From Eledone cirrhosa (taxonomy: Eukaryota): DNA of 64,000 nucleotides. The stretch lies in contig OZ024740.1 in the NCBI GenBank assembly GCA_964016885.1, positions 314,650,001 to 314,714,000 on the forward strand, read 5' to 3'. Position 1 is the stretch's first letter. Each line of letters starts with the position of its first letter. Shown here piece after piece: positions 25,486 through 37,817 of this stretch. Made by a program: the position numbers and the translations under genes. The notes under the pieces were generated by a model, which was given only the letters and a program-made list of their open reading frames with translations, had not been told where the DNA came from and did not search any database.

Positions 25486-25533
25486 TAGTTTCCATTTATT
25501 TAATATCATGGTATATATATATATATATATATA

Positions 25534-25876
25534 TCATCATTTCATCAGTTCATTTTACGTCCGCCTTTTCCCTACTTGCAAGGGTGGGACGGGAACTGAT
25601 TCTGGCTTGATTTCTACAGCTGGATGCCCTTCCTAACACCAACCTCATTTACAGTGAGTGCTGGGTGCTTTTTTGCCATGGCACCTCCACGACCACTTTG
25701 CAGTGGAATGATATAGACCCCAGTCCCTATCATCTCATTTCTACAGCTGAGTAAACTGGAGCAATGTGAAATAAAGTGTCTTGCTCAAGGAAACAACACA
25801 TCACCCGGTCTGAGAATTGAACTCACAACCTTTCGATTGCAAGGCCAATGCTCTAACCACTAAGCCATGTGCCTCC
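25534..25876 (-). mobile_element. Full-length composite SINE (tRNA head, CORE-like block, RTE-derived tail)
   Basis: Near-identical to 45788-46128; A and B boxes; tail matches the RTE 3' UTR at ~14175-14322 and the family B terminus at 11832-11885. Confidence 0.88.
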
Positions 25877-26889
25877 ATTATATATATATATAATGTAATC
25901 TAATAGACATGCAAGGATATGTATTTTACATGCAAAATATAGTAGGAAGTATGAGTGACAATATTTAAATAAATGTCAATTTACTCAATATTATTATATA
26001 AACCTCCTATTGTATTCTGCATCCGTACATCTATAAGATTGCATTATTTTAGTTCTAGTTAAAGTTTGAAACACCTGTTATTATTACATAAAGATGTATT
26101 GAGACAACATCACAACAACAAGTATCTTAAGGTCCCATGATAAGCTTCATACACATCATGGGGGGTCCTCTTTTAGATAATGTTTTACAACAGGGTGCTC
26201 TTCCTGACACAATCCATTTCATCGCCTCTTACAACATGCAGGGATATGGTGTACCTATTCTAAACTAGATACACTCTGTAGATATAAATATATCAAGAAA
26301 CATTTAATATATCATCATCATCATCATTTTAACATTTGCTTTACCTGCTAGCAAGGGTTGGATGGGTCTACATAGACCAAGTCTGTACTGAAGTGGGATT
26401 GCTAATCTTCCAGATAGGCCAGAGATCTGTGTTGTGTATTTGTACAGTCTGATATATATATATATCATCATCATCATCATCGTTTAACGTCTATCTTCCA
26501 CGCTAGTATGGGTTAGACGGGTTTGTCCCATTTAGAGGCAAGTTGGGACGGGTGACTGTGTCTCGCTCATATAGGACTGTTTCTGGCTGGTTTTCTACAG
26601 CTGGATGACCTTCCTAGCGCCAACCACATTTACAGTGTATGCTGGATGTTTTTTGACATGACACCTACATGACCACTTTACAGAGTGGGCTGGATGTTTT
26701 GTGGTACCAACGTAACAAACTCACACACACCCATATATATATATATTTACACATATATATATTTATTTATGTTCATACATGGAACAAAAGCGTTACCTAA
26801 GGTGTCAAGGCTCAATATTGACCATATCTCCAGAATGTAAAAGGGATCAAAATTATGACCTAATCTTCAGGCACTCATATGAGTTTATA

Positions 26890-26926
<37 letters not shown>

Positions 26927-26998
26927 GTGTGTGTTTATATATATGTGTGTGTATATACATACATACATGCACTACTAGTCATCATTGCTACCTGTAAT

Positions 26999-27029
<31 letters not shown>

Positions 27030-27102
27030 ATATATATATGTATGTGTTTATCATCATAACATGCAAATGTGTCATCAGATCTGTGAAAGAAACATAGCTT
27101 AC

Positions 27103-27763
27103 CTTGGAATATGTCTGCATCTGAAGTAATTCCACATTGTCTTACATGAGATGCACTTTCTACTTTGATTTGTTTGCCTTTCAGACTTGTCCCAGGGCCT
27201 GAATTTTTACGTGAAAGTACATTATTCACTTCCACAACATCAAGCATTATATTAGACAGCTTGTTGTCTAAGTTCCGACTAATTTCCTTCTGTTTCCGAA
27301 TTTTCTGTTCCATGTACATGATGGCACGGAAGAGCGATGTGAAGTTGTTTTGGTACTTGAGAAAACGGTCCTCTGCCTTTTGTAGTATGATAGAATGCTG
27401 CGTCAGTGTTGTATTTAGTTCACGGTTTTTGACAATTTCACCAAGTAATGTAGTTTCTACACTGTGAATCTTTGAGGTTAAACCTTGCACCTCACTTGAA
27501 GACACTGCTGATTTTTTATGAACCCGTTCATTTTCAGTGTCATGGTCTGACTGTATTGGCTGTGTCATCACTGGACAGTGAGAAGAATCTACTTCATTGA
27601 CCACTATTGTGTATGCACACTTGGTGCTCTTAATAGATGTTGTTCTACTTTTCCTGTGTTGTGACTTTACTTTGGCACCATGGGCTACCATAGTAGTGTC
27701 CCAGCCTTTGTGAAAAGGTTGCAGAAAGGCAAGAAAGCCAATAATAATCATGTTGACAAACAT
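27103..27763 (-). CDS. Fibrinogen-related (angiopoietin/FGL2-like) protein, exon 1: signal peptide, CAYT motif, coiled coil
   Basis: ATG at 27763; hydrophobic N-terminus MFVNMIIIGFLAFLQ; KCAYTIVVNE..CP; heptad-rich helix; donor G|GTAAGC at 27102, phase 1, matching the acceptor at 1282; spliced product 430 aa. Confidence 0.88.
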
Positions 27764-30700
27764 GTTGCTATGAGTGTCAAATACTTGGTTTAATAATAGT
27801 TTACAACTTATGAGTGTTACTCAATCACTTGGTCTTGTAGATGTAGAGCAAATGAAGAATATGTCTAAAATAGAGCCAGTTGGTGTATTCTCTGCTTGTA
27901 GTGATTCATTAAACTCTTTGGAATTATCTCTTTCACAGTGTAAATACTTTGACACTTTCTGTAGCCTTGTTATACAATAGGTAAATACTCCAGTACTATC
28001 ACTTTCAATAATAGATATCCATGTCTGTGTTATTCTCTTTGATAAATATACTTTGTGTTTCTTTCTGTGTTTTTGTTTTGTTTTTAATGATTCTTGTAAA
28101 ATAGTATCTCATATCAATTATTCTCTATGTCACTATCTAACATTTGTACAGTTGTTCCCCCTTTTCTAAATAATATTGAATTCCAGGAGATAGAAAGGTA
28201 CAGCCTAGCAGTATAAAATGTAGAGCCACTAACTAACTAATATTACCTACTTATACCACTCTCATGTACTACATCGGTGTCCTTCTGCTTCTCTTTCTCG
28301 CTTCCTTTATCTTTCTTCCGGTTTCAATCATATATATAGATTAAATTAATTGTTCTCTATGAACACTTAAAGGAATAGCTGGATTACAAGGGTTCTTTTC
28401 TATGGGTGTTCCCTCAGTAAATCTGTTAGCCAATATATTTGAAGTGTTTCTTACATCCTCTCTTGTGTTTAGCCAACTGAATGAAAAATTAGCTAAGTAA
28501 GCCGAAATGTTGAGCAGAGCTAAGAGGCTGGGTTACATCTGTCTCCGCCTTTAACACAACATGTCAGTAATAATTTGAAGGAGGAAATGTGTCTCACTCT
28601 TGTTGTTGTGTGTTCAGGAAGATGTATGTTTGTATGAGTGTGTATGTTTATATTTGTATGTGTGTGTCATCATCATCATCATCATCATTTAATGTGTATG
28701 TATATATATATTTGTATGAAGGATTAAAAAAAATATATTTTCTTCAATTAACAAAGTCACCTTTGAACATTAAAGCCCTTCCCCTATGTTGTATTTTGCA
28801 TATGGCCTGACCCAACTGTAGTCAGGAAATCCCCCTTAATCTGGCATTCCTTACCAATAGTAGTTTAGATATTTCTCATGGGCGGAGGAAGCTGATGGAA
28901 TCTAAAAACATGCCAGGAACCACGTGTACATTGACAGACACACAAATACACAGATACCCACATGTACACACACACTCACACACACACATATATATATATA
29001 CACACACACTTTCAACACTGCTTAAATACTTCCTCACAAATGCATATTGAATTTGGTCTGTTTGTTTACACATACATATATATTTTATAGTTATCTCAAC
29101 TGACTGACTAGGCAGGGAGAGACAGAGAGGGGGAGGGGAGAGAGATAAACTGAGTGAGAGAGGAAGAGAGAGAGATAGATACACTACAACCTTTTACATA
29201 TTTGCAATGAAGCACATTTGTGTGCGTGTGTGCATATATGCATATTTTTGTAAAGTGTGTGTGTGGCTAGTGTAGGGTGATGGTAGTGTGTTTTGTGTGT
29301 GTTGTGTGTGTAGTGTAGTGTATGTGTAGTGTGTGTGTTGTGTGGGTGGGTGTGTGTGTATGTTTGTTGTGTAGTGTGTGTGTGTGCGTAGTAAGTGTGT
29401 GTGTAGTGTATACATATATTTTGATCTGCAGGTATAATCATGTGCACATAATTATATACACACACATATAACTGATATAGATATACACACAAACATAACC
29501 GATATAGACATACACATACACATACACATATAACTGATACATATATACATACAGTTACATACATACACATATGACTGATATAGACATCTACATACACGGA
29601 TAACTGATGCAGAGAAAAAGAAAACATGTTACTTATTTATTTATCGATTTATTTGTTGTATTTTTTTCAATTTAAAATCCATTTCTACCATTATTCACTG
29701 CTTAACTCTGTCATTACCATATTTTTAATGACAGACATTGCTTACTATTTTGAAATAATTTTGAAAATTATAACAAATTTTGAGGGATTTTGTAATATTA
29801 CTTTCTCATGATTAAACTGATTTGGAGTATAACTTAATAAAGGTTCTTACTTAAAATTAAGCTGGAAGGTTTTTATGGTGTTAGGAATGGCATCCAGCTG
29901 AAGAAATCAAGATCCCTATGAGATCCATATGAGCAAGAATTGGTCTCCAGACTTGACTTGTCTCATAACGTGACAACCCATCTAACCCATGAAAGCGTGG
30001 AAAAATAGATGTTAAGTGATAATGATGATGGTGATAAACAATCTAAAACAGTTATCGCCAAACTGTAGCCCATGAGCTGCATGCCACAGCTTCGCTTTCT
30101 GAATGGCACATCTAATTTCAAAATTGCTTTGAATTTGTAAGTAGTGTGGCCCACCTTATGATGATCCACATCCTATGTGGCTCACTGCTTGAAAAGGGTT
30201 GCCAATGCCTACTCTAAATCAATGAGTTTTGTATCATAGAACTAAGGGGTAGATTCTGACAGTTTGGTATGAAAAGGGTCAATAAATATCTCAGTTTTCT
30301 ATGAGAAACTGGGGCTACAGAATGACAGATATAACTGATAAAAGATATTACATGCTTTTCCTTTAGAATTAATTCTTTGTTGTGCATTATATGAGATACA
30401 AATTAAATCTAGTTTTGATAACTGGTTGTAAAAATTTGACTTTTCACAAACTTCTTCAAACCGATTGTATTGATATTTCAAGATATCCAGCAGTTATGTA
30501 TTGATTGTTTCTTATTTTTCTTATTATTGATTATTGGAAAGAGTTTTGTTTTTATGTATTGTTGTATGGCAATGAATATCCCTCTGAAGTTTACTTTTAA
30601 CTTGGATTCCTGCAGGCTGTCGACTTTATTAATTCATTGATCTTATCACACCTGACTAAAATAAGAGTGGATTATTCCACTCTTATTATATATCTCTTTT

Positions 30701-31689
30701 CCTCTCCCTTCTCTCTCACTATATATATGTGTAAGTGCTTTTGTTCCATGTATGAACATAAATATATAATATATATATATATATAAGGTGGTAGTGTTAG
30801 TGCCATGAAAAAAATCAGTCCACTCTGTAAGGGTGTAGTGCGGGAGGCATGATGAAATGCTCCCAGTACATGCTATAAAGTGGTTGGCTTTAGGAAGAGG
30901 GCCTTGTCATAGAAACCAAACTAAAAACAGAGCTTACAAGCAATGCACAGTCATCTGAATAGTCTAGCCTCAATATTTGACAACCTGTCTAACCCATGCA
31001 AGCTTGGAAAATAGATGCTAAACAGCAATGATGATGATGAATTAGATGATGATGATGATAATGATATATTTTAAAACATTGAAACATTTTGTGATGTAAA
31101 TGGTTTTGCCATATCCAAGACAAACACCAAGAAGCCTGTGAATCAACTGATAGTTTCACAATCAAATGAAGCTGAGGGCAGAATTTAGCTTTGTTTTGAT
31201 CTAGAAAAAAATTGTTATTGACATTGGATGAGAATCATATTTGCCCTCCACATAGATTTGTCTTTAATAAGTTTTAGTTGGAATAAATAAACAATTATCA
31301 AAGTAGAGACATGAACTAGCTTTCACAGGGCACAAATATTACTTATTTGGATGCATTTCTATCATGTGAGAAATTCACTTACTTCAAGTCATTAACTAAT
31401 TATGTTACTGAAATCAGAAGATGATGCAATAGTGTAGTATGAAAATACGCAACAGGCCTATAAAAGAATCCACAAGAAGTAGAAATAGTTAACTGGTATC
31501 TATAGCTTGGGCAAATAGAGAATTGAGATAGAATGTTGCACTAGGTACTTGTGCTTTATAACATTGTATTTAGTATATCAGTGCTCAAATCTTGCTCAAA
31601 TCAACCTTGTTCTTCATTTCTTAAAAGAAAAACAATTTATTATAGGTTGGCACTTGATTAAATTGATAATTGAACTATTCCCTTCACAT

Positions 31690-31693
<4 letters not shown>

Positions 31694-31768
<75 letters not shown>
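31694..31768. repeat. (TA)n microsatellite
   Basis: Read directly from sequence. Confidence 0.95.
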
Positions 31769-31770
<2 letters not shown>

Positions 31771-32191
31771 TTCTGTTGTGAGTAAAACACAGTCCCCCGA
31801 CCTGATCTCTCCAAAGGGACAGCCTGTCCTACCTGTGCTAGTGTGGAAAATGGACATTAAACGGTGATGATGATGATGATATATATAAATATCATCATCA
31901 TCATTTTTATGTCTGTTTTTCCATGCTTTCCACGTTTTCCATGCATGGCATCTCTCTACTTGTTGCATTCCTTCATCATCTCACCTGCCAATCATAGCAA
32001 TTTGAGGTAAGCTCTCACAACCTCTGCCGCCCGGGCACTGCCCACAACAGGACAACCCGTCTAACCCATGTTAGCATGGAAGAATGGACGTAAAACGGTG
32101 ATGATGATATATATATATCGTCCCACCCTTGCAAGCAGGGAAAAGCGGACGTAAAAGGATGATGATGATGATGATGATATATATATATATA

Positions 32192-32250
<59 letters not shown>

Positions 32251-32402
32251 TCATCGTTTAACGTCCGTGTTCCACGCTTGCATGGGTTTGGACAGGAGTT
32301 TTCCCACTTGAGGCAAGATTGGTTGTCTTGCTCGTATAGGACTGTCTGGCGGCTTTTCTACGGCTGGATGCCCTTCCTAACACCAACCACGTTTACAGTG
32401 TG

Positions 32403-32438
<36 letters not shown>

Positions 32439-34382
32439 CCGTGAATAGCCTTGAGTCTAAGCTAAATAAATCCTTACAAGTTTTATTCAACTGATTTATT
32501 GTTGATGCCAATCACATCTAGTTCTCTTGTTCTGTAGAGTTTATTCTGCAAAAACCTGTATTTTGGTGTCAAATGATTCTATATCCATTTCATGTACCCT
32601 TACTTCATATCCATTTCATCCTTTATTCATTTGTTTTTCTCTTAAATTGAGGTGAATGTCTCCCCATGGCTTTAAAGACATTATTTCCAGTTGCATGTTC
32701 TGTTTGCATTATTGTAATTCCACTGTGTAAATGCTACACCCCTCCCACCAAGTTTCAAGAGGAAAAAAACATAAAAGAAGTTTTAGATTACTTTATTCAT
32801 GGTTTTAAATAATTGTCTTTTGTTTATAATTTGCTAGTATAAAGTTGAAAAAGAAAAAAAGAAAAAGCAATTTAAAATGAAAAAGATATATTGTTTCATT
32901 TGAAGATAGTGTTGGGGAGAAAGAAAGAAAAAGAGAGAGAGATAGTGAGAGAAGTTTGGAAAAATACATTAAATTTTATATTTATTTAACATTTTTTTGT
33001 TGAAAATATTATTTTTGTGATCTTGACCATCATGCCTTGCTCCAGATTTCATTTGACCAGATTGGAACATCTGTTCTTTTGCTTATTGTGGAAGGGTCAT
33101 GTTTCATCTGCTACCAATATCCTCTGCATAAAGGACTTGGTGTGTTATGTTTGATGATGCACAGATGACCTGAGGTTGCAGTATCTCTGCAAAGATTCCT
33201 GGACAGTGAGCAAGTGTGCTTAACTTTGATCAGGCATATATTCCCATGGCTTATTATTTCATTGATGGAGTTGCAGTCCTGGTTCAAGCAAAGATCAAGA
33301 CTGGATACCTGGATTCTGGAATAGTATCAGGCACTTACAGCCTTCTACCAGTTGAGCAATGGGGCTGGTGGAACTTCTACATTTGTGAGGCTCTTGCAGC
33401 CCTCTATCAGTTGAGCAATATGACTGTTGGAACTTCTACATTAGTTTTTTTTTTATTATAGAAATCAAGTGGTGGGAACAAGCAATAATATTCTTTATGA
33501 AATTCTGAGTATCAATGAGAATCAACTGACTGGTCAGTTTTGCAGGACTTTTAGCCTGGGTACTATGGAAAATTTCAAGGAATTCATAGTTTGTCAGTTC
33601 CAGACAGGGTAGTGTTATCAACTGGATTTACCTGAGGTCTGCATAGAGCAAGGATATCATCCTGCATGCACTCTTTCAGTGTTTGAGCATTACTAACATG
33701 TGGTGTTTTGTTGAACAGCTGTTGTCACATGTGGGAAAAATTCAGCTATTGGTTGAATCAACCACGATAATTGCCATTCCATCTCACCATGATCAGGAGG
33801 GAGGGCATTTTTTCTCTGTCTAGTAGCTATGGCAAAAGGTTATGTGGTGCACATGACTGAAAGAATTGAGAACACACTTCCATTTTTGGCCTAGCTCTTA
33901 TTGGCCTTTTTAAATTCCACTTGGAGAAATAGGTAAGGGTGGAGAGAGAAATGTTATACCCCTGTACATTTGTTGAACAATGTTGGAGTGAGCATGGTTT
34001 GAGTGAAAGGGGCCACTTTCAACTGGCATCTGTAGGCTGCTCAAAATGTTCAGTTGGATAAGAATACATTCAATATTATGTGAGATAAAATGTAAATTCA
34101 TTATGAAATTAATAACAGCAGTATTTAAAAAGTACTTTGTAACATGATATAAAGTCACTTGTTATATGATATCAGCAGCATTATAAAACTACTTATATAA
34201 GGTTATTTACTCTTTTCAACATTGGAAAATATTTAGACCCATTTGTGATGTGACATTCATTTGAGTTAAGATTTCTAACATCTAAAATATCAAGATTTCC
34301 AATTTGACTATAGTTATTTATTGTATTTAATATTTATTACAAAACTATAGCAGCAGCTGCAATGTTGTGGTCTTATTAATTA

Positions 34383-34570
34383 GAGGTGAATTGGCAGTAT
34401 CGGTAGAGGGTTGGACACCATGCTTTATAGCATAGTTATCCCTTTACGGTCTGAGTTCAAATCCCACCGAGGTTAACTTTGCCTTTCATCCTTACGGGGT
34501 CGATAAAATAAAGTACCAGTAATACACTGGGATAATTGCTGGCCTTGTGCCAAAAAGTAGAAACAATTAA
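34383..34570 (+). mobile_element. tRNA-derived SINE family A
   Basis: TGGCAGTATCGG A box, GAGTTCAAATCC B box, family core and tail. Confidence 0.88.
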
Positions 34571-34857
34571 TTAGATGTCTGGAATATGTTGAATATCAGT
34601 GATAATGTTTGGTAATACGTGCAGAAAGTAAAAAAAAAAACATTTTAATTTTATTAGTCATGCAAGTATGGAAAATATTATATAAAAAATGATGATTAAA
34701 TAGTTTTGACTATATATTAGATTATTTTTGTATGAAGAAGGAGGTATATGATTGATGGAATTAATTCAGTTTTATTGCTTGTAGTTATGTTGTGTGTATC
34801 CAGTAAGATCTTTGCATGTCATTAGGAAGGGTATCTGTCCATAAAACATTGCTTAAA

Positions 34858-35005
34858 CCCTTTAGTATTTAAACCGACTGTATCTGGCCAGAATTCTCTC
34901 ACCTCTTTTTGTTAAAACTGGCTGCTCATACTGATGTTAAGGTTTTGTTCTCAAAATAAATATTATCAAAATCTCATAGATTTGATATTATGTGAGCTAA
35001 TTATT
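34858..35005. mobile_element. Partial piggyBac-like MITE
   Basis: Matches the left two-thirds of 42106-42326. Confidence 0.6.
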
Positions 35006-35799
35006 TAGCAGGGGAATGACCATAAAATCCTTGGTTTATATTGCTTGTAGTTAGTCTACCAAGCCCCAAAGAAATAAAATATAAAACCTATGTAAAAATA
35101 GATTATGTTTCTTTTTGGAAATCAGGAAATAGTTTAAAATTTAAGATTTGCTGCTCAAAGGTTCAGATGTAACTAACATTAGAGTACTGCCACTATTCAC
35201 ATAATTGGGGTGAAACTACTGTTACACACGCACACATTCTAGAGCTCATCAACTGAATGGTATAATCTCACTCACCAACTGAATGGTATAATCTCACTCA
35301 CCAACATGCTGAAGAAGACTTTATACAGTTGCTCTAACTCTAGAATTCTCCAAAATCACATATCACTGTTTGGAAAATAGAATGGCATGGACAATATTGT
35401 CACAGATACACATAAACATGGTATAGTTAAACTGAAATGCCTCTGATCAGAGTTTTTAAAAATATATATAACCACGAGTTTACAATAACAATAATCATGA
35501 GTCCACTGACATTTTGTGTCCTGTCTATCTCTTCTATAGATGCTGCAACAATTCTTGCTCTACTTAAATAGTTGTGTACCAAGCAATTTATCTACTTTTC
35601 CTTGTTGTCTCTAATGTGTCTACTCTATAAATCCTGTCTTAAGCACTTTGCCTTGAATAGCAGAAGTTCAAATTGACCCTTAACCTCACTAAGCCTGGGA
35701 TGGCCTGCAAAGTCTGTAGTTACCACTTCTCTTCGTTATTCTCTCAATAATTGTTTTTAACATAGGCACAAGACTAGAAAATTGGGTTGAGAGGTTAAC

Positions 35800-36310
35800 T
35801 GGATTTATTGATGCCAATAATTGTTTGTACATTATCTTATTGATCTTGGAATGATAAAACATAAAGTTAACCATGGTAGGATTTGAACTTAGAATGTAAA
35901 GTTACAGACAAATACTGCAAGGCATTTTTGTCTTGTCCTTTAAATACACCCTTCCTTAATAAATGAATAAATAAATAAATAATAATAATTGTTTCTACTT
36001 TTGGCACAAGGCAACAATTACCCAGTACATTTCTGGTACTTTATTTTATCGACCCCGTAAGGATGAAAGGCAAAGTTTACCTCGGTGGGATTTGAACTCA
36101 GAATGGCAAGGGACATAACTCTATGCATCAAAGCATGGCGTCCAACCCTCTACCGATATTGCTAATCCACCAATAATAATAATTGTTTCTACTTTTTGGC
36201 ATAAAGCCAGTAATTTGTCCCCAGTGTGTTATTGGGACTTTATTTTATTGACCCCTTAAAGATGAAAGGCAAAGCTAACCTTGGCAAGATTTCAACTCAG
36301 AATATTAAAG
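35800..36310 (-). mobile_element. Cluster of three family A SINE copies
   Basis: Decayed copy ~35800-35930, full copy ~35985-36172, partial copy ~36178-36310, separated by (AAT)n. Confidence 0.8.
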
Positions 36311-37724
36311 GCCATAATTATATTCTGCAATAATAATAAAGGCTTTGGAAATTGAGAAATAAGGTAGTTAACTAGATATACAGTATCTTTTGCAGGTTAT
36401 ATAAGAGAAATTTCAGTTTAGATTAAAACTGGATTAGTCTTAGTTTTGTTCAGAACCTACTGTTTCAGTAACACATGCTAAGATATCGTAAAGATCACCT
36501 AAAGCTGTTTATTTAGTATTTCTAACAGTTTATATAAAAATATATCAAGACTAGATATAGGTTATATCAGGTGAAAATAGATTAATCTTTAGCATGCTGA
36601 ATGTTTTTATGAATTGCTTTCCTTAACACTGCATAATGTATTCAGGGGAGATTACTTTATTGGTGACATAAGGCACTTAGAGTGTGCTGAAGGTGAAAAC
36701 ACAATATTCCTAACATTTACACATAATTTTAAATAATACTCATTCACTAAAAAATAAAATGAATGAATGAATGTCTTTGTGTGTGTGTGTGAAAGAGAAA
36801 GGAAGTGAGAGACACAATGTTAATGCATTCAAACTAGAGTAGGTTAGTCAATAATACTTCTCAATTGTTTTAAATTAGAGCTAAAGTAGTAAAATAGTTA
36901 ATATTAGTATCACATATTCTAATGTGGTTAAGATTACATTGGTAAGATGCTGACAAGTTAAACCTACTTTACAGGAAAATAGTTTCTCTAATTGTTTTAC
37001 AGTAAATAAAACTCACATTATATATGTTTTGATAGTTAACATTTCTTTTCTTCTGATAATGTAGCATGATTTTGGTGTTATACCATCATTGAAACCTAAT
37101 TATCATGGCTTCAACATTGTAGCAACTAAATAAAAAAGTAGAGAGATTTATGTGTAATTTCAGTAATTTTCTCTTGTGAAATTTGTATTATTGTTGGGAT
37201 CTTGAAGTTACTTATATAGGTCACTTTTGGATATTGGATAATACAAACTGGTCTGAAGAATAAACTGGGATTGGTACTTATTTAATGTTTAGTTTAAAAA
37301 TCTATTTCATATGTTGGGACCAGTATCTTTCAGCTTCTGGAGTGGCAAAGTCTGTGGGCTGGTTGTGGTAGTGGTGGTGGTGTGTGTATATATGGGTGGA
37401 TAAAAGGTCAGTCTAGCCTCTTGCTAGGCCCTTGCACTTGATGATCTCTCCTCTAATGAAAGAAGCAATTGGGACTTTGAAACAGTGAGGTCTTCACATA
37501 TCTGTATCTAAAGATTGATATGAGAATACAAAGGGTTCTTTGAATAGCAGTCAGATTTGATATCTGTTCTTTAGAATCACTATGTTCCTCTTGTTTCCTG
37601 TAACACTTTAACTCTCTATTCCTAAAACTAACCCTACTTCCTGAGGTAATATCATGTTTCTTAAAGAGTACATCTGTATTGCCCTTCAAAAATTATCTAC
37701 TCAATTCTGAATGGAAATTAAGAA

Positions 37725-37765
<41 letters not shown>

Positions 37766-37784
37766 GAACATAAAAATGGTGATG

Positions 37785-37817
<33 letters not shown>

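Noticed and set aside
25780-25876. tRNA-like sequences with A and B boxes here and at other SINE heads
   Set aside because: No complete cloverleaf; they continue into SINE bodies, so they are not tRNA genes
26830-26875. Minus-strand CTGAAGA followed by a GGTCA/TGATC stem
   Set aside because: No GAAA or cleavage triplet follows
26975-27102. C-terminal extension of the 262-aa ORF (GKLCFF..HIHIYIHTHT)
   Set aside because: Intron read-through beyond the GTAAGC donor into microsatellite
28245-28325. TATA-like (GGTATAAG) and ETS-like (ACCGGAAG) motifs on the minus strand upstream of the fibrinogen-related gene
   Set aside because: Short motifs with no transcription start evidence; a non-coding first exon elsewhere is equally possible
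33030-33910. Possible decayed Ty3/gypsy pol remnant (..IDGVAVLVQAKIK..)
   Set aside because: Too degenerate; no YxDD, integrase triad or LTR recognisable
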